From assembly GCA_016699955.1 (NCBI GenBank), contig CP064993.1:1140001-1172000 (forward strand): a stretch of DNA of 32,000 bases, given 5' to 3'. Under the pieces are notes generated by a model that was not told the DNA's origin, searched no databases, and worked only from the letters and a program-made list of their open reading frames with translations. The stretch comes from Candidatus Saccharimonadota bacterium (lineage in GTDB: Bacteria > Patescibacteriota > Saccharimonadia > Saccharimonadales > UBA4665). Shown piece by piece: positions 18,056 to 27,489 of the stretch. Made by a program: the position numbers and the translations under genes. Position 1 is the stretch's first letter. The number at the start of each line of letters is the position of its first letter.

Positions 18056-18604
18056 TTACGCTGCCTTCTTCGCACTAGGTTTGGTGGTTTTTTTTAAAGC
18101 TACTTTTTTGACAGGTGATTTTTTGACTGGTTTCACTTCGGATAATACTTTTTCCTCTGTAGCTTTCACCGCATCTGTGCCTTCTTTGTTTTTTAGAGCC
18201 GTACCAAGAACACCGTTTATAAACTTGCTTGAGTTGTCGCCGCCAAAGGCTTTGGCAAGCTCGACCGCTTCATTTATAACCACTTTTGGCGGAACATCCG
18301 GTTCATAATGCAGCTCATACAATCCCATCCTTAGCACTACACGATCCATCCGTGCAATCTGCTCCAAAGGCCACTCGGGTGCGAGCGGACGGAGTTCGTT
18401 GTCTAGCTGATCTTGATACTTGGCGACGCCCTTGACTAGTTCCTCTATGAAAAACACATCATCGACTGTTGATTCGTAGCGCGAAATATTGCGCTTGAGT
18501 ACCAAACCTAGGTCAAATGTGTCATCGTTTGCTTCGCGCCGAAAATCCAGCTCATAGAGCGTTTGAAGTGCAACAATGCGACCAAGGTGGCGGTTAGAAG
18601 CCAT
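18056..18604 (-). CDS. nusB: transcription antitermination factor NusB with Lys-rich C-terminal tail
   Basis: RIVALQTLYELDF... is the NusB fold region. The last ~45 aa are rich in K/P/A/V (KPVKKSPVKKVALKKTTKPSAKKAA). SD GGAG upstream. Confidence 0.88.
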   Translation of the reverse strand: MASNRHLGRIVALQTLYELDFRREANDDTFDLGLVLKRNISRYESTVDDVFFIEELVKGVAKYQDQLDNELRPLAPEWPLEQIARMDRVVLRMGLYELHYEPDVPPKVVINEAVELAKAFGGDNSSKFINGVLGTALKNKEGTDAVKATEEKVLSEVKPVKKSPVKKVALKKTTKPSAKKAA

Positions 18605-18701
18605 GACAATCTCCGTTCACTTGTAGTAGGTAAAATGTAGTGAGCATGCTCATATATAAATCTTTAGCGTAAACATGGTTACCCATGCTTGTGACTACAT
18701 G

Positions 18702-18866
18702 CTACTTGCTACTAGTCGCAGCGGCGAGTTTCTTACCGCTTTCACGACGCGTTGTATAGACCTTAACAGGTGATTTTTTGTTTACAGCTCGTGCCAATTT
18801 TAGTAGTAGGTGGCTGCGGCGTGCGCCTGTGGCGCGTGGACTGGTTCGTTTTTTTGGTTTACCCAT
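18702..18866 (-). CDS. rpmF: 50S ribosomal protein L32
   Basis: MGKPKKRTSPRATGARRSHLLLKLA..., 54 aa, with the RTS...RRSH signature. SD AAGGAG upstream. Below the ORF-track size cutoff. Confidence 0.8.
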   Translation of the reverse strand: MGKPKKRTSPRATGARRSHLLLKLARAVNKKSPVKVYTTRRESGKKLAAATSSK

Positions 18867-18912
18867 ATATGTGCTAACTCCTTCTTGGAAGTTTTATCTG
18901 ATATTTAAGACT

Positions 18913-18941
18913 ATCATACGCTATTTTGACCTATATCTCAA
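18913..18941 (-). promoter_or_regulatory. sigma70-like promoter TTGAGA-17 nt-TATGAT for rpmF
   Basis: Minus strand reads cTTGAGAtataggtcaaaatagcgTATGATagtc, about 45 nt upstream of the rpmF ATG. Confidence 0.5.
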
Positions 18942-19094
18942 GTCAGTGTGGAGGTTCAATACATCGAGGACACTTCTGCCTCCAATTGGCTGGTATTCAT
19001 CGGGTGACAAGTAGCCGAGTATTTGGTGCAGACGGTAGTTGTGGTATTTGGTGAGTACTGGTCAATAATCTCCTGCTGGCAAGCAGGCTTATCT

Positions 19095-19108
19095 ACCGTA
19101 ATCTTACT
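19095..19108. repeat. left copy of 14-bp target-site duplication ACCGTAATCTTACT
   Basis: Identical 14-mer at 20163-20176. Both copies directly abut the IS ends. Confidence 0.85.
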
Positions 19109-19163
19109 TATTAACCTCCCATACATCTTGCACACTTTCATCACCTCACTAAAGTAGAAAGGA

Positions 19164-19688
19164 GTGAAAGTGAGATACCGCAAGATGACAGAGAAACAAT
19201 TGCTCGTGTATGGAGCACGGATTCGTTTAGGGTGGTTTCGTAAAGCCGAAGAACTCGGGAATGTTGCGGCAGCCTGCCGGTTCTACGGCATTCCTCGACG
19301 AACATATTACTACTGGCATAGTCGCTGGGTGAGTCAGGGCAAAGCCCTGACGAGCCTGTACGATATGCCTCGTACGCCAAAGAGCCACACTAATGACGCC
19401 GATGACGAGGTAGTGAGTCTCGTCGTGCAGCTTCGCCTTGGTCTTGGTTACGGCGAAAATGCTCTTGCGCATGTCCTCAGGCGGGATTACGGCGTCGCCA
19501 CATCTGTGCACGGTGTCCACAACATCCTGAGCCGAGCAAAGTTACTAGAAGAGCGCAAAAGAAGGTACGCAAAACCCGCCAGCTCAGTGACCGTGAGTAT
19601 TACCCGGGCGAAGTCGGACAGATGGATGTCAAACATTGGAAGCGCAAAGGCTACCAGTATGACATCGTCGACTGTGCTACGAGGATAA
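19164..19688 (+). CDS. IS transposase, N-terminal HTH part (orfA)
   Basis: 174-aa ORF with a helix-turn-helix region. Possible starts are GTG 19164, GTG 19170 or ATG 19185. The frame ends at 19688. Confidence 0.7.
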   Translation: MKVRYRKMTEKQLLVYGARIRLGWFRKAEELGNVAAACRFYGIPRRTYYYWHSRWVSQGKALTSLYDMPRTPKSHTNDADDEVVSLVVQLRLGLGYGENALAHVLRRDYGVATSVHGVHNILSRAKLLEERKRRYAKPASSVTVSITRAKSDRWMSNIGSAKATSMTSSTVLRG

Positions 19689-20155
19689 AATACAAACGGA
19701 TCTATCCTGGATGCGACCCTGCGACAACGGTAGATTTTCTTGAGCATGCGGTCAGGTTCTTTGACCCAGCTTTCAGGTTCAAAGGGATTCAGACCGACAA
19801 TGGCACAGAGTTCACCTACGACCATTTGCCGCAAGTGAGACCGGAAACAGAGTGCCCGACTGTCCGGTGGCTCAGAGAACATGGGATTGAGCACCTCCGC
19901 ATCCCGCCGTCATCGCCACATCTCAACGGTCGAGTCGAGCGACCGCACGGAGTAGACAAGGATAGATACAAACGGCTAACAACGAATTCGCACACACTTG
20001 TCGAATTAAGAGAGTTTTGTAACGAAGATTGTCTCGACTACAACTTTTACCGACCGCATAGTATGCTAGACATGATGACACCGATTGAATACCTGCAAAG
20101 CTTGAAGGGTTACGAGCAGGCGACGGTGGATACTAGTGTGCTAGATGTTCGGTAG
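19622..20155 (+). CDS. IS transposase, DDE catalytic part (orfB, -1 frame relative to orfA)
   Basis: DVKHW (D), QTDNGTEF (D) and HLNGRVERPH (E) give an rve integrase core. The frame is open well upstream of 19622 (..REYYPGEVGQMDVK), so it is expressed by frameshift or is a frameshifted pseudogene. Confidence 0.75.
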   Translation: MDVKHWKRKGYQYDIVDCATRIKYKRIYPGCDPATTVDFLEHAVRFFDPAFRFKGIQTDNGTEFTYDHLPQVRPETECPTVRWLREHGIEHLRIPPSSPHLNGRVERPHGVDKDRYKRLTTNSHTLVELREFCNEDCLDYNFYRPHSMLDMMTPIEYLQSLKGYEQATVDTSVLDVR

Positions 20156-20162
20156 GTGGACC

Positions 20163-20176
20163 ACCGTAATCTTACT
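20163..20176. repeat. right copy of 14-bp target-site duplication ACCGTAATCTTACT
   Basis: Identical to 19095-19108. It contains the stop codon (20172-20174) of the adjacent minus-strand gene. Confidence 0.85.
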
Positions 20177-21404
20177 CAGCTTGCCTGTTGCCGACATAGT
20201 TATAATACTGCACAATCCGCGGATCATCTTGGTACATGCGCGTCAGGAGAAACAAACTTTTGGCTCGTACGACCGAAGACCAAGGCGCAAGCGCTCCATA
20301 ATTATTGTTATGCGCTCCATAATTATAGTAGTATGGCCAAAGAATTATTTCACCATTTACAGCCTTGTCCTCCGCTACATCTGATAGCGCGTAATCACGA
20401 TGCACGATGGCCTTGCTGAAAAGTTCATTATACTTAGCAGTATAAAAGGCATTCTGTTCTTTGGTAAATACTGCTTTAGCGGACGCAATCTGCCATTCAT
20501 TTATCACGTCCTTTGCTGCTTGCGAATTACTGGTATTTTCCACAGTAAGGCTTGGGTTTGCCTCTGCTTTAGCTTTGTATGCAAGCATACCGACATAAGT
20601 CGCAGCCCCATCAGGGTTTAACTCAGTAAACGAAGGATCTCCATAAATCCCATCCCTTCCAGTGCATTGGTTTGCATCCCATAAATGAAAAATCTCGTGA
20701 TGAAAAGTTGCCGAAATTGTTGGCTTCGTTGCATCTATATAAAACCGTCCAAAATCTTTTGTCTTAGTTGCCGTTTCGGCTCGACCCAAAATCGTTTTAT
20801 CAGCAATTTTCACTACGATCACTTCTGTCAAACCAATTTGATTCACTAGCTCCACGGGCAGCTCGGCAGTACTCCTAACCAGTGTTACGTAGTTTTGCTT
20901 GATAGCAAATTCATCTGACTCAGTAATAGTAGCGCTGGACAAAGGTACTATACCTCGTAGCGGGTATGTTGTGACGTCAGTTGGTTGAATCACACTTACC
21001 CCGTATCGTGCCATGAACTCCTTGGCCATAAGCTGGTAGTCGCTCAATGGTATGTTTTTGCCATTGTTTTCATAGAGGTTACTACTGTACCGATCAAGCG
21101 TTGCCCTTGGGTCAAAGACATGGAGGCCGTTTTTAGCAGCCGCTTCTTTACGCAGCCGCCAAAGACTATCTTGGGTGCTTTCTTTTTTATCTTGAGGAAA
21201 TTTAGGCAGAGGGTGGGCGAACAATGCATCGACGACAGCCTTGTCTTCGGCTGTAGGCTCATCGCATCGTGAAAATAGCGACGCACCAGGGATCGCAGAG
21301 CAGGCCGCGCTGCCCAACAATATAGTGAACGAAAGCAGGCTCACCGTCGCGCATTCGGTGAAACTAGGTAAAAAGGGTACTCGGCCGCAATCATTACGTT
21401 TCAT
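20172..21404 (-). CDS. secreted (possibly lipid-anchored) putative zinc metallopeptidase, HExxH
   Basis: 410 aa. N-terminal hydrophobic signal ending LLGSAAC. HHEIFH (HExxH) motif. No closer family recognised. Confidence 0.6.
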   Translation of the reverse strand: MKRNDCGRVPFLPSFTECATVSLLSFTILLGSAACSAIPGASLFSRCDEPTAEDKAVVDALFAHPLPKFPQDKKESTQDSLWRLRKEAAAKNGLHVFDPRATLDRYSSNLYENNGKNIPLSDYQLMAKEFMARYGVSVIQPTDVTTYPLRGIVPLSSATITESDEFAIKQNYVTLVRSTAELPVELVNQIGLTEVIVVKIADKTILGRAETATKTKDFGRFYIDATKPTISATFHHEIFHLWDANQCTGRDGIYGDPSFTELNPDGAATYVGMLAYKAKAEANPSLTVENTSNSQAAKDVINEWQIASAKAVFTKEQNAFYTAKYNELFSKAIVHRDYALSDVAEDKAVNGEIILWPYYYNYGAHNNNYGALAPWSSVVRAKSLFLLTRMYQDDPRIVQYYNYVGNRQAE

Positions 21405-21442
21405 TATGTTTATTTATAATATGTTTTACGCTAATATGCAAA

Positions 21443-23929
21443 CTACTTCAGGACGAAGCTGACCAGTTTTTTGGGGACATAGATGGTTTTGATAATTGCT
21501 TTACCCTCTAGATGTGCCGCTACTTTTTCGTCCCGCTTGGCAGTTTCTACGATGTCAGCTTCACTTGATTCGTTTCCGACGTCGATAGTTCCACGCAGTT
21601 TACCATTTACCTGGATAGCTATTGTCATCGTGTCCGTCACTAAGTACTGCTCGTCGCACAGCGGCCAGCTATCCTGCTGCACTGAGGATTCCCTACCTAG
21701 GTCGTGCCACAGCTCATCGGCGATATGCGGCGCAAAGGGCGCCACCAGGGCAACGAGACTCTCGAGCGCAAACTGCCAGGCGGCACGGTCGGCAAAATTA
21801 TCTTTGGTTTTCAATGCATAGAGTGTATTGGTAGCTTCCATCATGGCGGCGATGGCAGTGTTATAGCGCTGCGACTCAAGATCGGCTGTTACCTTTTGGA
21901 TTGCTGCATGAATCGCCCGCAAAACCGCCGGATTTTGTACTGGAGTATTGGCGACTGACTCTCGGCTCGTTGAGGGCATGCAGAATTCTTGCACCAGATT
22001 GAACACGCGGTTTAAAAACCGGTACGTACCTGGTACACCCTGCGGATCCCAGCGCATCCAAAGGTCGAGCGGGGCCGCAAACATCAGGTAGGTGCGCAAC
22101 GCATCGGCGCCGTAGCCTTGGGCAATAATCTCAAGCGGGTCGACACCATTTCCCTTGCTTTTACTAAACATTGTGCCATCACTAGCGGTAACTTTGCCGT
22201 TGAACAAGAACCTTTTGAATGGTTCAGGGCTATCAACAAGCCCAAGCTTATGGAAAAAGCGGGTTATGAACCGCGCGTATATCATGTGCGCCGTGGCGTG
22301 ATCGCCTCCATTGTAAAAATCTATCGGCATCCATTTGTTGGCAATGGCACTATCGAATATTGCGTCCTTGTTTGCTCCGTCGAAATAGCGCAGGTAGTAC
22401 CAACTGCTGCAAATGTAGGTGTCAAGGGTGTCTGTTTCGCGCTCGGCTGGACCGCCACACTGTGGGCAGTCGACTTTTAGCCAATCTTCGGCCCTCGCCA
22501 AGGCAGAGCGGCCATCACCACTCGGCGCAAAATCGTCGAGCTCTGGCAGTATCACTGGCAAGTTTTCGTCGAGTACAATTCCGTCTTTTGGACAGTGAAT
22601 GATGGGGATTGGCGCTCCCCAGTAGCGCTGCCTACTGACGCTCCAATCACGAATTTTATACTGTGTAACAGGCTCTCCTGAATTTTTAGCTACAAGTGCG
22701 TCAAGCATAGCTTGTCGGCCCTTTTCAAAATCCATGCCATCGAATTCTCCTGAGTTGGAAACGATATACTCTTTACGGTGCGGCTTAATGCATTCGCTAT
22801 AAGATACAAACTCTTGCTGCTCGGTAGTAAATATAATCGGTAGACCAAATTTTTTTGCAAATTCATTGTCTCGTTCATCTTCACCAGGTACGCCCATAAC
22901 TGCACCCGTCCCGTATCCCATCAGGACATAATCAGCAGTCCATATCGGAATTTTGGCGCCGTTAAGCGGATTGATCGCAAAAAGGCCCTCTATCGGAACG
23001 CCACTCTTCGTTTTATCAGCCATGCGCTCTAGCTCACTTTTGCGCATAACAGCAGCAGTATACTCTTCAATATCAACCGCATTTTCTGCAAGTTGACCGT
23101 AGCGCGAAACCAACGCATGCTCTGGAGCAAGCACCATAAAAGTTGTCCCAAAAATCGTATCATGAGCGGTAGTAAATACCTCTACGAATTCATCAACCGC
23201 ACCAAGGCCTTCGACTTTAAAACGAACATTGGCTCCTTCGCTTTTACCAATCCAGTTTTTTTGAGCAGTTTTGACCACTTCTGACCAATCGAGCGCATCG
23301 GTCGCTTCTAGCAATTCGTCCGCGTATTCGGTAATCTTGAAAAACCATTGTTTGACTTCTTTTTTTTGTACTTCGGGGTCATCGGCAGCATCGTGACGCC
23401 AGCATTTGCCGTCTAACACCTGCTCGTTTGCGAGCACTGTCTGACACTTTGTGCACCACCACTGCATGCGAGCATCTTGGTAGGCCAGACCGTGTTTGTA
23501 CATCTGCACAAAAATCCACTGAGTCCAGCGGTAATATTCTGGTAAATGGGTAGATATTTCTTTTGACCAATCGTTACTCCAACCCATGGCTTTGTACTGG
23601 GTGTGGTAGCTGGGAATGATTTTTGCCATGCTTTCCTGCGGAGACACACCGGCTTTAATAGCATAATTTTCTGCTGGCAAGCCAAACGCATCCCAACCCA
23701 CTGGATGATAACTCTCGTAACCTTGTTGGCGTTTGTAACGAGCCATGACATCTGAGATTGTGTAGTTCATCGCATGGCCAATATGAATACCTGCACCGCT
23801 CGGGTAGTTAAACATACTCATGGCGATATATTTTGGTTTATCAGAATTCAGATTGGCTTTATAGACCTGCTGTCTGTCCCACTCTGCTTGCCACTTTGGT
23901 TCTATTTCCTTAGGGTTATAGCGTTTCAT
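21443..23929 (-). CDS. leuS: leucyl-tRNA synthetase
   Basis: 828 aa. HIGH-type motif (IHIGH), a KMSKS-type motif (MFSKSKGN), CP1 and Zn-like CxxC segments. Confidence 0.95.
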   Translation of the reverse strand: MKRYNPKEIEPKWQAEWDRQQVYKANLNSDKPKYIAMSMFNYPSGAGIHIGHAMNYTISDVMARYKRQQGYESYHPVGWDAFGLPAENYAIKAGVSPQESMAKIIPSYHTQYKAMGWSNDWSKEISTHLPEYYRWTQWIFVQMYKHGLAYQDARMQWWCTKCQTVLANEQVLDGKCWRHDAADDPEVQKKEVKQWFFKITEYADELLEATDALDWSEVVKTAQKNWIGKSEGANVRFKVEGLGAVDEFVEVFTTAHDTIFGTTFMVLAPEHALVSRYGQLAENAVDIEEYTAAVMRKSELERMADKTKSGVPIEGLFAINPLNGAKIPIWTADYVLMGYGTGAVMGVPGEDERDNEFAKKFGLPIIFTTEQQEFVSYSECIKPHRKEYIVSNSGEFDGMDFEKGRQAMLDALVAKNSGEPVTQYKIRDWSVSRQRYWGAPIPIIHCPKDGIVLDENLPVILPELDDFAPSGDGRSALARAEDWLKVDCPQCGGPAERETDTLDTYICSSWYYLRYFDGANKDAIFDSAIANKWMPIDFYNGGDHATAHMIYARFITRFFHKLGLVDSPEPFKRFLFNGKVTASDGTMFSKSKGNGVDPLEIIAQGYGADALRTYLMFAAPLDLWMRWDPQGVPGTYRFLNRVFNLVQEFCMPSTSRESVANTPVQNPAVLRAIHAAIQKVTADLESQRYNTAIAAMMEATNTLYALKTKDNFADRAAWQFALESLVALVAPFAPHIADELWHDLGRESSVQQDSWPLCDEQYLVTDTMTIAIQVNGKLRGTIDVGNESSEADIVETAKRDEKVAAHLEGKAIIKTIYVPKKLVSFVLK

Positions 23930-23959
23930 AGAACCTAAGTATAACAGAGGCGGTCAAAA

Positions 23960-25141
23960 TTAGAACTGCTTGAGAAAATTCGTGGTGAAAGTGGTGGTGA
24001 GTTTGGCGCGCTGCGCATGACGCTCTAGAGCGTAGGCAGTGAGTTTTTCGACTAAAGCTACCCTGGAAATACCTGCTTGAGCCCAGTTGTGCGCGTACAA
24101 ACTACCGGGAAGCGGATTTACCTCGTTAAAGTATACTTTTTTTGCCTTGGTATCGATCAGCAAATCTACGCGGGCAATGCCCGTGCAGCCCAGCGTGCGA
24201 TAGACGTCAAGCGCCAGCTTCACGGCTTTTTCAGACAGCTCTTTTGGAAGATCCGCTGGAATGCGGCTGTAGCCCTGGGCTCCTTTTGAACCCATTTTTT
24301 TACCGCCGCTTCTCATGCTTTTACCACTCTTTTTACCGCCGTTTAGGTACTTTGTTTCAAAGTCAAAGAAGTCTTCGGCGTGAAGGAGCGGCTGCTCAAG
24401 CAGTGCAGGTTCAGGGTTGTCATTGCCCATAACAGGTAGAGTGACCTCAACCAAGTTGTGCACGGCCTCTTCGACGATAATTTTGTCGTCGTAGTGGGCG
24501 GCAATCTCTAGGCCGTTCTGTAGCTCCGTCATATTTTCTACTCGGCTAATACCGATGCTTGAACCCAAATGAGCCGGCTTTACGAAAAGGGGATATCGCA
24601 ACCCAGCACACTGCCGAATGGCTGCTTTACTATCTTGACCAAGCATTTGGCTATGAAACCAAACTCCCTTTGTAACTGGCAAACCTTCAGCGTACACAAG
24701 CTGTTTGGCAAGTACTTTATCCATAGCTACTGCCGCAGCAGCAACACCACAACCAACGTATGGAACGCCGGCCATTTCAAACACGCCCATGAGCTCGCCG
24801 TCTTCGCCGTGCGTACCATGCATAGCCGGAAATGCTATATCCACGGGAATAGTTTTGCGTCCCCCCAAACGAGTTGGAACTAGCAGTTTCATCCCATTGC
24901 CCAAAATCACCCCTGTTGGCTTCACCTGGGCCAGAACATCTTTTAGGTCGTTGCTCCTGTAGAGTGCAACGTTTTTTAGTTTTTCATGCACATACCACTG
25001 ACCGTCCTTGGCAATGTAAACCGGTACAACACGGTATTTTTTAGTGAGTTCGAGCGGGTTGATAATAGACGTAAGCGCCGTGACGATTGATACATCGTGC
25101 TCAGCGGATTGTCCTCCAAAAAATACTGCTACTGTTTGCAT
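23960..25141 (-). CDS. ddl: D-alanine--D-alanine ligase with a Gly/Lys-rich insertion
   Basis: MQTVAVFFGGQSAEHDVS..., then an ATP-grasp region and EVNPLPG. Start at ATG 25141, preceded by TATACT + 6 nt. The ORF track starts at 25183. Confidence 0.9.
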   Translation of the reverse strand: MQTVAVFFGGQSAEHDVSIVTALTSIINPLELTKKYRVVPVYIAKDGQWYVHEKLKNVALYRSNDLKDVLAQVKPTGVILGNGMKLLVPTRLGGRKTIPVDIAFPAMHGTHGEDGELMGVFEMAGVPYVGCGVAAAAVAMDKVLAKQLVYAEGLPVTKGVWFHSQMLGQDSKAAIRQCAGLRYPLFVKPAHLGSSIGISRVENMTELQNGLEIAAHYDDKIIVEEAVHNLVEVTLPVMGNDNPEPALLEQPLLHAEDFFDFETKYLNGGKKSGKSMRSGGKKMGSKGAQGYSRIPADLPKELSEKAVKLALDVYRTLGCTGIARVDLLIDTKAKKVYFNEVNPLPGSLYAHNWAQAGISRVALVEKLTAYALERHAQRAKLTTTFTTNFLKQF

Positions 25142-25272
25142 GTCAGTAGTATACAGCGAAGAGCTAAGAGTGCATAACCCCAACTCGGCGTAAGTGCCGA
25201 GGTATTGAAGGGGCGAACGGGCGTATCGGCGAGCTTCAGGCAGAGTGGAGGGACATTTTAGGACCGTATGAG

Positions 25273-26724
25273 TCAGTGGTAGTTATCAGTCCAATCGTTT
25301 TGCATGAGTACAACGTCACCCGTCGCAACAAAGTTCGATAGGTTAGTGTAAAATTCGAGCGGGTTATCTTGGACGAGAAGCTCGCCTTTGTAGTCAGTAT
25401 CATCGAGTCCCGCCTGTATGTCTGCGGTAACAGAATTGCGCATAAGCACTACTACATCTGGTTGGGCGGCAGCGATCAGACGACCAACTTGACGGTGAAT
25501 ATCGGCGGTTTCTTTTCCTTGGTCAACTAGACCTGGCGTTATATACATCTTACGCTTCGCCTTTAGCCCCGCCAGCAGCTCAGTCCCTGCGCGAATTCCT
25601 TCGAGGTTGCCGTTGTAGGTATCGTCTATAACCCAGGCTCCAGAAAGCTTATATGGTTGCATACGGTGTTCAAACGGCGTCGTTTTGCCAACACCAGTTT
25701 TGACTTCTTTTTCACTTAGCCCGCACGTTAGCCCAAAAGCGGCGGCAAACGCAAGCGGGCCAACCTGGTGAAGCCCGACTAGGCCGCTATGAAACTTCAG
25801 ATGCTTTTTTTCTTTTACCAGCTCAAATGAGGTTCCGTCCAGTCCTGTCCGAGCCTTGTCCACTCTCCAGCCGAGCACATTGCTACGAGAATAGGTTTGG
25901 TATTTCGGTTTTATAAAACCAAGCATCGCGTCAGATTCGGCATTGACGTACATGTTGTCAGGCGAGACGTAACGCGATAGTGAAAAGATGTCTTTTCCAG
26001 CGGCTTGCAGCGTCTTGTATTGGTCTAGGTGAGCTGGCGCCAAACCAGTAATGACTGCCTGTGTCGGCCGCACCATGGCACTAAACTGCGCCACATCGCC
26101 CGGCTTACCTTCGCCAAACTCCACGAGTACAACGTCTTCCTTGCCTGTGAGAGTTTGAGCAAAAAGTAAGTGAGAGCTAACAACATTCATATTTGCCGGC
26201 GTGGCCGCAACCGCAAGACCTTCACTAAGCACTGTTTGGAGCAGCTCTTTCATGCTGGTTTTTCCGTAGCTTCCGGCTATGGCAATACGATTTCCAGGGT
26301 GTTTTTGGAACAATTCAGCCGCCTGGATAGCCTGCCTGTTTTCGCGTGGTTCCGTAATTATGATGCGACCAAGCGCCAAAAATAGCGCAAGCATATGCGC
26401 CCAAACGATAGGGTAGGAAACAAGCAGCGCCAACCCATACCATCGTATTTCATCGTATGGTGTATTTTGACTGACATATATGAGCGAAAAGGCCAAAATT
26501 ATTTGGCTGAACATCCCTGATAACAGCCCGAGGCGTAGTAACCGCGCAGCTCTGGTCGGTTCCAGCGAACGACGCTGCATAACCGCCGAAAAATCCTGTA
26601 TCTGCCATAACCATCGCAGAAATGGAAATGATTGGTACTCAGTTGCTTGCGCCATGTAGGTCAAACTACGGCTGATGCGCAGCGGAGCATAAAAATTGTA
26701 CAGATTTCTAAGAACTCTATTCAC
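25273..26724 (-). CDS. MurF-type Mur ligase paralog A with N-terminal PFLRW + 2-TM module
   Basis: P-loop AIAGSYGKTS; ITGLAPAHLD; VIDDTYNGN (MurF-type DD(S/T)YN). The N-terminal ~125 aa has two hydrophobic helices instead of the usual N-domain. The GTG start at 26724 overlaps the upstream stop by 8 nt. Confidence 0.75.
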   Translation of the reverse strand: MNRVLRNLYNFYAPLRISRSLTYMAQATEYQSFPFLRWLWQIQDFSAVMQRRSLEPTRAARLLRLGLLSGMFSQIILAFSLIYVSQNTPYDEIRWYGLALLVSYPIVWAHMLALFLALGRIIITEPRENRQAIQAAELFQKHPGNRIAIAGSYGKTSMKELLQTVLSEGLAVAATPANMNVVSSHLLFAQTLTGKEDVVLVEFGEGKPGDVAQFSAMVRPTQAVITGLAPAHLDQYKTLQAAGKDIFSLSRYVSPDNMYVNAESDAMLGFIKPKYQTYSRSNVLGWRVDKARTGLDGTSFELVKEKKHLKFHSGLVGLHQVGPLAFAAAFGLTCGLSEKEVKTGVGKTTPFEHRMQPYKLSGAWVIDDTYNGNLEGIRAGTELLAGLKAKRKMYITPGLVDQGKETADIHRQVGRLIAAAQPDVVVLMRNSVTADIQAGLDDTDYKGELLVQDNPLEFYTNLSNFVATGDVVLMQNDWTDNYH

Positions 26725-27463
26725 CTAAAAATTCCTCAGTAGCACTGACCACTTCTTCTGGGGCGTCAAGATGAATAAAATGACCTGCTCCGTTTAAGAT
26801 ACGCAGGCTCGAACCATCTATGTCATGATTGAGCTGCTCACCGAGCTTGACCGGTGTTTGCTCGTCGGCAGCGCCATACAATAATAAAGTAGGAGTACTT
26901 ATATATGCTGCGTCGGCTCGAACATCGTCTCGAACTATTTTTTTAAATGTTTCTTGCATGTGCTCTGCGACTAGCAGGTCGGAACCCGCCGTTTCGTACA
27001 GTTTACGACGTAATTTGGACGTGACACGTTTTGGCAGTGGAGCAGTGATTGCCTTCCCAACTTTTGCTATAACTCGGTACGCCGTAGCGCTATTGGAACT
27101 TCGTACACCTGCGCTTGCAAGCAGGACTAACTTTTCGGCCTGAAATAGCCCCCGACCGACCCCGCGTATTGCAATTGCTCCCCCGTTACTATGGCCCATC
27201 ACTGCGTATGGTTTGACTCCAATTTTTTGTAAGAAATCGCGGACAAAGGTAGCGTAGTCGGTTAAGTTCCATGCTTCAGGCGGTGCCTCGGTAAGCCCAA
27301 ATCCTGGCAAATCGGGTACAACAACATCATAGTTTTTTGCAAGCTTGGCAGCAAATGTCTGCCAGCTTGCACTGCTGTCACCCCAACCGTGCAATACAAG
27401 CAATACCCGGCCACTACCGGTACGAGTATAGTCTGTTGCAATGTTTTGAACGATGACCCGCAT
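26717..27463 (-). CDS. alpha/beta-fold hydrolase
   Basis: 248 aa. HGWGDS oxyanion region, GHSNGG nucleophile elbow, and a C-terminal GAGH. Confidence 0.8.
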   Translation of the reverse strand: MRVIVQNIATDYTRTGSGRVLLVLHGWGDSSASWQTFAAKLAKNYDVVVPDLPGFGLTEAPPEAWNLTDYATFVRDFLQKIGVKPYAVMGHSNGGAIAIRGVGRGLFQAEKLVLLASAGVRSSNSATAYRVIAKVGKAITAPLPKRVTSKLRRKLYETAGSDLLVAEHMQETFKKIVRDDVRADAAYISTPTLLLYGAADEQTPVKLGEQLNHDIDGSSLRILNGAGHFIHLDAPEEVVSATEEFLGE

Positions 27464-27489
27464 ACAACTTACAGTGTAGCAGTATTTTG

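Larger units (their letters stand above)
19109..20162 (+). mobile_element. IS481-like insertion sequence (1054 bp) with imperfect ~34-bp terminal inverted repeats
   Basis: The core of the IRs is ACCTCCCATACATCTTGCACAC (19114-19135) versus the reverse complement of 20136-20157, ACCTACCGAACATCTAGCACAC (18/22). Both sit at equal 5-nt offsets from the 14-bp direct repeats. The element encodes HTH and DDE (rve) transposase parts. Confidence 0.85.

Noticed and set aside
17646-18308. 220-aa plus-strand ORF
   Set aside because: It is entirely antisense to the well-supported Nudix and nusB genes and has a low-complexity F/L-rich translation. It is a shadow ORF.
18641-18652. Perfect 12-bp palindrome TGAGCATGCTCA between rpmF and nusB
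   Set aside because: It is probably just a small hairpin or weak terminator: on the minus strand it is followed by CTACATTTTACC. It is too short and isolated to call an operator.
18956-19183. 75-aa minus-strand ORF
   Set aside because: It crosses the left IS boundary and target duplication. It is a chimeric reading frame created by the insertion.
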